Of a stretch of 64,000 nucleotides of DNA, positions 51,998 to 64,000 are shown in pieces. A model generated the notes under the pieces. It was not told where the DNA came from, made no database searches, and worked only from the letters and a program-made list of their open reading frames with translations. Where the stretch lies: the NCBI RefSeq assembly GCF_009914755.1, contig NC_060947.1; one strand, written 5' to 3'. Made by a program: the position numbers and the translations under genes. Numbering within the stretch: the stretch's first letter is position 1; the number at the start of each line of letters is the position of its first letter. The DNA is from the human T2T-CHM13v2.0 reference genome, Homo sapiens.

Positions 51998-53990
51998 TGT
52001 ATTAGTCCATTCTCACACTGCTATGATGAAATACCTGAGACTGGCTAATTTATAAAAAAAAAAAAAGATGTTTAATTGACTCACAGTTCTGCATGGCTAG
52101 TGAGGCCTCAGAAAACTTACCCTCATGGCAAAAGGCACTTCTTCACAGGGTGGCAGGAGACACAGAATGCTGGGTGAAGGGGGAAGCCCTTTATAAAACA
52201 ATCAGATCTTGTGAGAACTCACTCGCTATCAGGAGAACAGTATGGGGGAAATGGCCCCCATGATAAAATTATCTCCACTTGGTCCCAACGTTGACTCATG
52301 GGGAGTATTACAATTCAAGATGAGATTTGAGTGGGGACACAGAGCCAAACCATATCATTCTGCTGCTGGCCCCTTCAAAATCTCATGTCCTCACATTTCA
52401 AAGCACAATTGTGCCCTTCCAACAGTTCCTCAAAGTCTTAACTCATTCCAGCATTAACCCAAAAGTGCAAGTCCAAAGTTTCATCTGAGGTGAGGCAAGT
52501 CCCTTCCACCTATAAGCCTGTAAAATCAAAAACAAGTTAGTTACTTCCTAGATACAAAGAGGGTACAGGCCTTGAGTAAATATACTCATTCCAAATGGGA
52601 GAAATTGGACAAAACAAAGGGGCTACAGGCCCCATGCAAGTATGAAATTCATCAGGGAAGTCAAAACTTAAAGCTCCAAAATGATCTCCTTTGACTCCAT
52701 ATCTCACATCCAGGTAACAGTGATGCAGAAGATGGGCTCCCACAGACATGGGCAGCTCCACCCCTGTGACTTTGCAGGGTACAGCCCCCATCATGGCTGC
52801 TTTCATGGGCTGGCATTGTCTGTGGCTTTTCCAGGTGCACGATGCAAGCTGATGGTGAATCTATCATTCTGGGATGTGGAGGATGGTGGCCCTCTTCTCA
52901 CAGCTTCATTAGGCTATACCCCAGTGTGCACTCTCTGTAGGGGCTTCAATCCCACATTTCCCTCCTGCCCTGCACTAGCAGAGGTTCTCCATGAGGGCCA
53001 CTTCCCTGCAGCAAACTTCTGTCTGGACATCTAGGCATTTCCATACATACTCTGAAATCTAGGTAGAGGTTCCCAAACTTCAACTATTGACTTCTGTGCA
53101 CCCACAGACCCATCACCACGTGTAAGCCACCAAGACTTGGGGTTTGTGCCTTCTGAACAACAGTGTGAGCTGTATGTTGTCCCCTTTTAGCCACAACTGG
53201 GACATAGGGCACCAAGCCTTGAGATTGCACTAAGCAGTAAGATCCTGGGCCGGGCCCATGAAACCATGTTTTTTTCTACTAGGCCTCTGGGCCTGTGATG
53301 GGAAGGCCTGCTGGGAAGACCTCTGACATGCCCTGAAGACATTTTCCCCATTGTATTGACGATTAACATGTGACTCCTCATTACTGATGCAAATTTCTGC
53401 AGCAGGCTTGAATTTCTCTCCAGAAAATGGGTTTTTCTTTTTCATTCATCATCAGGCTGTGAATTTTCTGAAATGTTATGTTCTGCTTCCCTTTTAAACA
53501 TAAGTTACAATTCCAAACCATATCTTTGTGAATACATAAAACTGAATACTTTTAAGAGCACACGAGTCACAGCCCGAACACTTTACTGCTTAGAAATGTC
53601 TTCCACCAGATACCCTAAATCATCTCTATCAAGTTCAAAGTTCCACAGATATCTAGGGCAGGGGCAATATGCCACCAATCTCTTTGCTAAACCATAGCAA
53701 GAATCACCTTAATTTCAGTTTGCAACAAGTTCCTCATCTCCATCTGAGACCACCTCAGTCTGGACTTCATAGTCCATATCATTATCAGCATTTTGGTCAA
53801 AGCCATTCAACAAGTCTCTAGGATGTTCCAAAGTTTCCCACATGTTCCTGTCTTCTTCTGAGAACTCCACACTTTTCCAACCTCTGCTAATTACCCATTT
53901 CCAAAGTTGCTTCCACATTTTTGGGGTCCTTATAGCAGCTCCCCACTATCTCCTGGTACCAATTTATTGTATTAGTCTGTTCTCACGCAG
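51998..53990 (-). mobile_element. THE1D/MST-like MaLR provirus: 3' LTR 51998-52357, internal 52358-53967, 5' LTR reduced to ~22 bp
   Basis: LTR termini tgtattagt / ccatatca; internal homologous to 10623-12209; second LTR stops at tgtattagtctgttctcacgc. Confidence 0.88.
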
Positions 53991-54159
53991 TCTACTTAAT
54001 TTTCATCATATTTCTTTCTTAATTATTTTGGAGATACACATACCTTTAAAATTAATACATTTAGTGTGGAGTGGAAACAGTATTTTCACTTGAGCAGATG
54101 ATGCTCAGGTGAAAATTCCTAATTTTTTGTTCTTAAATTAATAGCAATCATGTATAAAA

Positions 54160-54691
<532 letters not shown>

Positions 54692-56532
54692 TGACATGTA
54701 GTAATTGTATGTGTAGGTGGCTATCAAAATTTTAATATATATTGCCTTTATATGCCTTTTTTCTCTAAGAGTGAGAGGATATTTATTCTGAGAAAATGAA
54801 TCATGAGGAAAGAAAGATTTCTGTTGAGGCAAAAAGGCCAGCATGTTGGCATTCTCACAATAACCAGAAAATAGGAACTTTTCTATGAATTATAAGAAGG
54901 AAATAAATAAGCCTGAAACATGGGAATAGACTGCTCAGTGATGGAGGTTGAGCTCATAATTTTCCTTCAAGCTTGTCTTTGTAGTCTTTTTTTACCTAAG
55001 AAGTCAGATAGAAATGCACTTTTTAATCAACAGTAATTATAAAATTTTACGATTCTTGATTTTTCCTGTGAGTTATTGGAATACATCAAGACTGCCTACA
55101 CTTTCCATTTCTACCCAAAAGACTGCTTTATAAGGTCTCTAATCCTAATGTTAGCCCTAAGCCACTTGTTAGTACAGAAGACTTATCATTTTAGAGAACA
55201 CTCAGTAATGCTGAACTGCGATCCACCCCTGATAGTTTTTCTCTCAGTTTGCTGGCCCTCTTTCCACTAACCAACTAAACAAACGTTCAGAAGCTTGGCC
55301 AGGTCTTCTGTTTCACATAGTTCTTCCACAGCACTTCTGAGAGATCCCAAACCCAATTTATCCATTGGGCCATTAAAATGTACTTGATTTTGGTCCTTGT
55401 AGGAACTAGATGGAATTCTTTCTCAGCTAAAAGTCTATACTTTATTTCCTAATTACAATTCTGTTCCTTATTGAGGTATTTGAAAAATTCATCGTACAAC
55501 AAGTTACAGGATATTTTGAAGGAGGAAAATTGTATTCGGTTAAAAGAAGTGCAATCACATTTAAAATATACCATCTCAAAACACTGCCTACTCCATTAGC
55601 ACAAACATTCTATTACAAGATAACTGCAGGAAAAGTGGCTAAAAAGTAATGATTACCTTCACAGTCAGACTAGCAAGCATTTAACAAAGAAATGAACTTG
55701 TCTTAGTAATGATGATAACTAGGCTTCCCAATGATAGCCTAAAGCCCTACAGAGAAATGAAGCTATCACATGGATAATTCAGATAGCACTCATTGAGTTT
55801 GGGGATTAAAGTTCCAGGATAATTGGCTCAGTTCTCCACATGGGTTTGGTCATGAAGACCTGTACAATAACTACTAAGTGCTGTCTCCATGGCATAAAGA
55901 GCCATTTAAGTAATGTCCATCCTTTTCATTATAAATGAAGTTACTGTAGCAGTTATTCATAGCACAAAGTTCCATTACTCCCTTCGATAATGAAAGAGAA
56001 GAGACAGGCAGCAGAGTATTTTAGTGTTTTCCAACCAAAAACAAAAACAAAATGAAACAACAATGATAAAAATAAAACCCTTAAAAAAACCCACCACCAC
56101 TGGCAAGAACAAACAAATCAACATAATACAAGGGAACAACAATTAAAAGACACGCCAACTCTGGCAATTTTTAGTGGACACTTATTACTGAACCTCCCTT
56201 TTTCTGTCTTATTCACAGAGAACAAACTGATGATGGTTTTTGCAACATACCTAATGGGAACCGAAAGAGGAAGACAAGTTTGGGCAATATTAGACAAGTC
56301 TATTCCTTGGAATTATGTTTCTGTGGCGTTTACTATTTTAGGAAAATATAGTAATCCATTGTAGCAAGTGTCAACTGCTGAATTTAGAAATGTCCTTATA
56401 AGAAAATAAGCTAGAAAGCTGCCTATGAGAGGTTACTTGTGAAGAACTTATGTCCTACCCTAGTGGCTTATTCCATAGAGAAATGCATTGGCTTCTTATT
56501 TCAAAAAATGTGAAGGAATATGAGGAGAAGCT

Positions 56533-56905
<373 letters not shown>

Positions 56906-58949
56906 GAAGAATGTAAGAAGACATTTTTCTCAACACTCTTGTGAGGTAGCTTTCCTCTGTGACAAAGTATCAAATGAGCCTTGGGCATTCGTTTGTGACA
57001 ATTTGTGATAGTAAGAGTTAAAAGTGGAAGTAGTGAAGGAGGCAAATTTGAAGATACTGGTCACAGTGAAGAGAAGATTTACTTCTTTCACAATTTTATT
57101 TAGAGCTCAGACAAGTTTCTTGGCTTCATTATTCCAAGGACTTCCACTATTTCTTACCAATTTTAAGTTAGTGTCAGAATAAATCTCACTGGCTATGCAA
57201 GTGCTCTATCAGTGTTGTCCCATGTTTCAGTTATAATTTGTGCCACTCTGCAAACTCTTACCTGCCTACCATATTGTCAGTTACAGATTTCCAAAAGGAA
57301 ACATCCACAGCAATTCTGTTTTTTAACCAGGGGCTTATGCAAAGGCTAAAAATGCATGAAGAGATTAAAACAGTACAACAGAAGTTATGACACCTGTCTC
57401 TGTCAGTGTGGAAGACGGTGGAAAAATAGCTATAAGCTCTTATCCAAATAGGATAGTTGAAAGAGTGCATGCTTCTAACTGGGGAGAGATTCATGAATAA
57501 ATTAGGAGGAATTCAAATTAGTGCTAATGTGTGCAAGGGCTGTGATTGTTGCCTGTAGTAGTTGAAAATACTTGTGTCTGTCCTATCCATGCCCTCTTCC
57601 TCCAAATGATTGCTTTGCTTGAGCTTCACCAGATTCAGGGCTGCAGTAATTCTGGGACCTAAAAATATATGTTAGTAAGTTTTACTGAGAATAGATTGGA
57701 AAGATTGAAACTATAATTATTCTACATAAGAGCTTTGTGGAATTTTAGTTAAATACATTTTGTCCTGTATACATAATGCACTTAGTAATATTAACAAGCA
57801 AATAAAATATCAGAGAATTTACAGTGCAATAAGGTAATCCTGAAATGTTTTGAAGGTGATGATGGGGAGATGGGACATTAAGAAGACATTTCTAAGGCAT
57901 TAGCCTTTTCTAGATAGATATTATTCACCTCCTCTAGAAAACTCCCAACTCTTTCGTGGCTATGAATGAAAAATAAGCACTTGAAAAAAGTCATTTCTGG
58001 AATTTTGGACTCAAAGAGAAAATATGAAAAAAAAAGTTGTTTTAGGAATGGTTGAATGATAGTTCAGTATTTCTTCCTCAATTTCAAGTAAAATAAATCT
58101 GCAGAGTAGAAGCCTACCTTTGCTATATTGCCTTATAATAGGTCAGTATTTGAAGAGAGTTAAAATTTTTAGAGTAAGATAATGCTAGAAATCTTACACA
58201 ATCCAATTATTTTTATTTGTTTATAAATAACTAGTTTGCAATTAACAGAACATTTTTGCGTGTGTTTAAGTACACTTACGTAACCAAAATTGAAAACTAA
58301 TTTCTTTTACCCTAATTTTCCCAAGCATGATCATACACTTGGATATAATCAAGTTCCCAATCCTGCTGAAGAGCCAACCTAACAAGTGAAGCCTCTGCTT
58401 CACATTCAGTGTTCAGCAGTTTGCATTTGTCTGTCTGTATGTTTGTTCTGTGATAAAATTTGAACCATTTGACAGTTTTTGACTAAACTAATATATTAGA
58501 AGGCATCAAGATAAATATTAAGCTTAGTTTGTTACTCAGTTTGATTTATTCACTGAAAACTGACTGATATGTCAGACAATAAAATTGATAAAAGGATATA
58601 TCTTTCCTAGGTTTTAATGTTTCTCAATGAAATTTGCTCTGTAGATGTTGACCAAAGATAAGCCCACAAATGGAAACAAAAATGCATTTATTGAGAAAGA
58701 GATTGTGTTGCCACATTGAATTGGTTAGTCTCTTGGTATCTTTCTGTGAAGGCAAAGACCTTTATAGTCTGTAATTTCGGTATCATGCAGAGAAAATGAC
58801 CTCCATCTTTACCAATCAGGTCTAATCAGGACCAATTGGAAATCTCAGCATACCTTTTATTTTTTATCATGCAAATCACTCCAAGAAGCCAAAGTCTCCT
58901 AACTCATTCTTCATCTCCACAGCTAGCCTTGAATGTTCCTCCTATCAGA

Positions 58950-59940
58950 TCTCATAAAACACTCTTCTCATCTTCTGAAACCCTTTCATTATACATTTGT
59001 ACAGACATGGTCATACAAAAAACTCAATGCTCACAACATCTTACCTAATAATACTCTCACTTTCTTTTCTAACACCTAGATCTGTTTTTAAGGCACTATT
59101 TTCCTACAGTTTTCTCAGTAAATGGCATTTTTTCTGTTTAATATTTCTTGTACCACAAGGCCCAAAAGTATAACAAGTGACTTCCTTGCTTCATATTGCC
59201 TCTCAAGACATTTGTCCCTTTCTCCTCCAGAAAGATACCACTCTTTAACTCTCAGATCATTAGACTGTAACACCTATTCATCAAACTTATTTCAGTCATC
59301 TATTAACCTTCAGGTTACTCCCTCTTATTCTGTGAACATTTTAACACTCAGCTTACTGACACTAATGTTGGACACTAAGTGTTAGACACACTAATTAATG
59401 TTAGTTTTTTAATGTTAGTTAATGTTAAAGTTACAGACATTAATGAATGTTAGACAGAATGTTAGACACTAAGTCTAACATTGTTTCTTTTATAATTCCA
59501 AATGATTTCAATATGCATGTAAATGACCTAACACCCTGGCCTTGTCTGTCTTTTATCTCCTCTCTTCCAAATATTCTTGTTCCCCACTTTACTTCAACTA
59601 CTCACTCCAGTAGTTACACTCTAGACTTGTGCTGACCCACATGGTAACCACTAGTCATATATGGCTAGTAAGGATTAAAATTGATCCCTACTTCATTAGG
59701 AAAATTTAAGCAATCAGAACAGGTGTTTTACAAGTTCTTATTAGTATGTCTATCACCTACATGCATCTGCATTCATTAACTCTATCATCTCTCCTGTTAC
59801 TCTGAGTGAATTTCTCATGTCCTTGGTCAAGGCCAACCTCACAACTTGTGCATTAGATCCAATTCCATCTAGTCTACTCCATGACATTGATTTATAAACT
59901 ATCACCTTTCTTTCTGCATGTTAAATTTCCCCATATCTGT
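58950..59940 (+). mobile_element. L2 ORF2 fragments, with a small MER3/MER33-like piece at ~59624-59685
   Basis: gatttcaatatgcatgtaaatga (DFNMHV), acactctagacttg (TLDL), caaggccaacctc...tgtgcattagatcc. Confidence 0.6.
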
Positions 59941-62565
59941 TAGAAAAATTATATTTAGACTAGACACAGGTAAGTCATTATTTGAAAGTGAGAATGGAGA
60001 AGGTAAAATGGAAGGTTTGAGAGAGAAAAAAAGTGTGACATATATACATAGGCATAAAACAAAATATCTTAAGGATCTGTATATAAAAAAAGTGAAAAAC
60101 CAATGAAAGAAATTAAAGATCTAAATAAGACAGATTTTGTGTTTGTGGACTGGAATGTTCAATATTGTCAAAATGCTATTTTTAAAATACGAAATATAAA
60201 TTGAATACAATTCTTTTAAAAATCTCAGCAATAAATTTTTTATGCATTGACCAACTGATTCTAAAATTTATACACAAAGAAAAAGACCTAAAATAGTCAA
60301 TATAATCCTAAAAAAAATTGGAGAGTTTACATTAGCTAATTTCAAGACTTACTATAAAGCCTACCATAATGAAGACAGGATGGTATTGGTATAAGAATAA
60401 ACACATTGATTAAAAGAACAGAGAAGACAATCCAGAAATAGAGCCATCCACATATAGTCAACTGATTTTGATAAAAAGGATCCAAGGCAATTTGATGAAG
60501 AATATATATTTTCAACAGAAGTTGCTGGCAAAATTGAATGCTTACATGCAATTTTAGAAAACTTAAACATAGATCTCACATCTTCAACAACAAAAAAAAT
60601 TTAAAATATACATCTAAATGTAGAATGAAAAAATATTTAAGTTCTAGAAGAAAGTAAGATAAAATCTGGGTGACCTTGGTTTTGTGATGCATTTTTGAAT
60701 ATAATAACAAAAGTAGTCTTTGTTAAAGTTAACAATAAGTTGGACTTTACTAAAATTAACATTATTTATTATTAAGATTATTTTGCTTTGCCAAAGTCAC
60801 TGTTAAGATAAAAAATAGACCAGCCACATATGGAAAGAAAATATTTATTTATAAATCATATAGCGGATAAAGGACTCGTGTCCAGAATATACAAATAATT
60901 CCTAAAACTCAACATTGAAAAAAAAGGCCCAATTCAAAAATTAGCAGAAGATCTAGATAGACATCTCACTTACAGCTGGCAAATAAGCATTTGAAAAGAT
61001 GTCTAATGTCATTTGTCATTAGAGAAATGCCAATTTAAAAAACAAAACCACTACATTCTTATTAGAATACATAAAATTAAAAAATATAATACCAATTGCT
61101 ATAGAAGATGCAGAACAATGACAACTGTTCATAGTTGGTAAGAATGTAAAATGATAACACCATTTGATAAAATATTTTGGCAGTTTCTTATAAATTTATA
61201 TATCATCTTACTATATGATTCAACAATTGTACTCTAGTTATTTATCCAACAGATTTAAAACTTATATAACACTTACACACATGGATATCTATTGCAGCCT
61301 TATTAATAATTGCCAAAAACTGGAAGCAATCAGGATTTCCTTCCACAGGTGAATGAATAAGCAAACTGTGGTATATACATATACTGAAATACTATTTATT
61401 GATATTTAAAAATCAGCTATTAATTCAGGCAACACCATGGACAAATCTTAAATGTGTATTTCTAAGTTTAAAAAGCCAGTGTAAACATAATGCATAGTAT
61501 ACGATTACTTTTATATGATATTCTGGATGAGGCAAAATACTATAAAGAGAGAAAATAGATCAGTGGTTTCTCAAGACTTAGGGAGGAGGTGGACAGATGA
61601 AGCACAGTGAATATTTTAGGGTGGTGTAACTATTCTATATAATATTGCAGTGGTGGACACATGACACTATGCAGTTTTTAAAAATCCATACAAATGTATA
61701 GCACAGAATGAACCTTAATATATGCACATTTGGAAAAATAATATAGGAGGTCAAGGAGCCTAGGATGGAATGCAGATTATGATAAAAATAATCTATTTGT
61801 ATTACAAATGTAAAGCATAAAGTCAGTGAAGGAAGTGAGGAAGGAGATTTTGACCTGAAGTAACTTTGGAAATGGTTTTGAGAATGTAAGTCTAAAAGAA
61901 AAAGGAGTTGTACATAGCATTTTACTCTAAACAATACAGTTATTTACTATGATGGTATGTGTTAACAGTTTGGAAATCATTCTATTAGTATGCTAGAATT
62001 TAACAATTAAGCAAATGGATGCCAGGAACTAAGTTCCTTACTCTTTGACTGAGAGATTACAAATAATCAAAGAGGAGGCTAGAATGATCCATGTGGTAAT
62101 GCAATAGAGTTGAAGCCATCCATAAGAATGTATGTTTAGCTTAAGATTGGTATATAAAAATATTTATAGATGATATGCATGCATATGCATGTATGCCTGG
62201 TTTAGTATACACACATGTATTTGCTTTGTCAGCTCTGCACTTGTCTGTCAGCTGAGGGAGTCTGAAAGCAATGATACTTCAGTAGCAAAGAGCTTGGCTA
62301 GTATCCAGGTCTTTATTTCTATCTCCAAAAAGTTTAGCAGGTCTCCTTGGAGAAATGGTTGATTTTAGGGATGGGGCAGGAAATATACAAGATTAGCCTA
62401 GAGAACCTTGTAGTTCCAGAAAGTAAGAAAGTGTTCAAAACAAACAAACAAGTGAATGGACATACATCCAAGTAGCACAGGAGCCAACTGAAATAGCTCC
62501 CAATAGCCAAAGCTAGAACCATTTAAGCAATAAAATAAGGTAATATTGGATTATAACCCAAAGTA

Positions 62566-62961
62566 GTGTATATATATGTATACATATATGTATATATCAT
62601 ATATACGTATATATGTATGTATCATATATACATATATATGTATATACATGTATGTATACATATATGTGTATATACATATATGTATACATATGTATACATA
62701 TATATACATATATGTATATACATATATATACATATATGTATATACATATATATACATATATGTATATACATATATATACATATATGTATATACATATATA
62801 TACATATATGTATATACATATATGTATATACATATATATGTATATACATATATGTATACATATGTATACATACATGTATACATATATATGTATACATATA
62901 TGTATACATATATACATATATGTATACATATATGTATACATATATGTATACTGATATACAT
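62566..62961. repeat. AT-rich VNTR built from tatatacata/tatgta units (~24-bp higher-order period)
   Basis: Repeated tatatacatatatgtatatacata; produces spurious Y/I/T/M/H ORFs in all six frames. Confidence 0.95.
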
Positions 62962-63616
62962 GAATAATTGAATAGAACAATATTTGGAAGTAATAAGCAC
63001 ATTTTTTACAGCATTCCAAATAATTTTTGTAGATGCTTACTTTTCAAGGAGATAGAACACAACTTCTCATTCCATAAATATGGGATATGCACCTTGACTT
63101 CCTTCTAAAGAGTACCACATGGAAAGGACAGGAAAAAATAATAATTTTACAGTGGCGAAATTTAACAAACACTACTACATCAGCCAGGTGACTGAGTTTA
63201 ACATCCTTAGTGATAAGTAATGTTAATTACATGTACCCTTGATGTGATAAGAATGATGCTTTACCTCTGTGATCTTCCTTCCAAAAACAAATACCCCTTT
63301 TTATTAATGAGATAAACTTCAGACAAATCCAAATCAAAATATGTACTATGAAATATCTGACCAGTACATCTCAGAATTTTCAAATTCATCAAAAGCAAGG
63401 AAAGACTGGGAAACTGTCATAGCCTAGAGTGGTCTAAGGAGACATGATGACTAAATGTAATGTTCTGTCCTAGATGAGATCCTGGAAAAGAAAAAGAATA
63501 TCAGGTAAAAACTAAGGAAATCTGAATATAAACTTTACTAAATGATAAAGTATCAATATTGGATTATTAATTTCAAAAACTTTACCATACTAATGTTAGA
63601 TGTTAATAACAGGTAA

Positions 63617-63946
63617 AGCCAAGCAGGGTGACTCATGCCTGCAGTCCCAACACATTGGGAGGCTGAGGGGGTGGACTGCTTGAGCTCAGGAGTTTGAGAC
63701 CACCTTGGGCAACAGGGCAAAAGCTCATCTCTACAAAAACAAAAAAACAAACAAAACCCCAAAAAACCCCCAAATTAGCCAGGCATGGTGTGGCAAAACT
63801 GTAGTTCCAGTAACTCAGGAGGCTGATACAGGAGGACTATGTGAGCCTGTCAGGTCAAGGCTACAGTGAGCCATGATCGCACCACTGTACTCCAACCTGG
63901 ATGACAGAGTGAGGCCCTGTCTCAAAATAAATAAATAAAATAAATA
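63617..63946 (+). mobile_element. AluJ
   Basis: gactgcttgagctcaggagtt, ggtcaaggctacagtgagccatgatcgc; possible TSD aataacaggtaa/aattataggtaa. Confidence 0.88.
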
Positions 63947-64000
63947 AATTATAGGTAAGGCTGAGTTTGGGTATAGAGTGTCTGTAGTAGAACTGCAACT

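Larger units (their letters stand above)
60050..64000 (+). mobile_element. L1MC3-like ORF2 end and long 3' UTR, interrupted by a TA-rich VNTR and AluJ
   Basis: caggtctccttggagaaatggttgatt...ggggcaggaaatatacaagat...ccagaaagtaagaaagtg; ggagacatgatgactaaatgtaatg. Confidence 0.82.

Noticed and set aside
55280-55450. Coding-looking purine-rich stretch on the minus strand
   Set aside because: Open frames are under 60 aa, with no convincing splice pair or recognisable protein.
62551-63019. 113-149 aa ORFs in all six frames
   Set aside because: Translation of a TA-rich VNTR.

Overview
This is AT-rich, gene-poor primate (human-like) genomic DNA made mostly of decayed transposable elements. It contains AluJ/AluS, L1M/L1PB, L2, MIR, THE1/MST/MLT MaLRs, ERVL, a MER52 (ERV1) provirus, Charlie1a, Tigger1 and MADE1. 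No intact protein-coding gene, RNA gene or CRISPR array is supported; the supplied ORFs are fragments of dead retroelements, Alu read-throughs or microsatellite artefacts. Repeat families were recognised by eye from recalled consensus sequences, so subfamily calls and some boundaries are approximate. I found no convincing new biological system. The most notable features are: (i) a roughly six-level nested insertion at 4.7-25.2 kb; (ii) a MER52 provirus with structurally discordant LTRs and gag-matrix-like starts placed downstream of CA-NC; (iii) a full-length L1PB with a probable ancient 3' transduction; (iv) three separate locally templated inverted-insertion scars (about 9.4, 42.3 and 59.4 kb), one of which remodels an MLT2A1 LTR; and (v) a few candidate exons in unique sequence.
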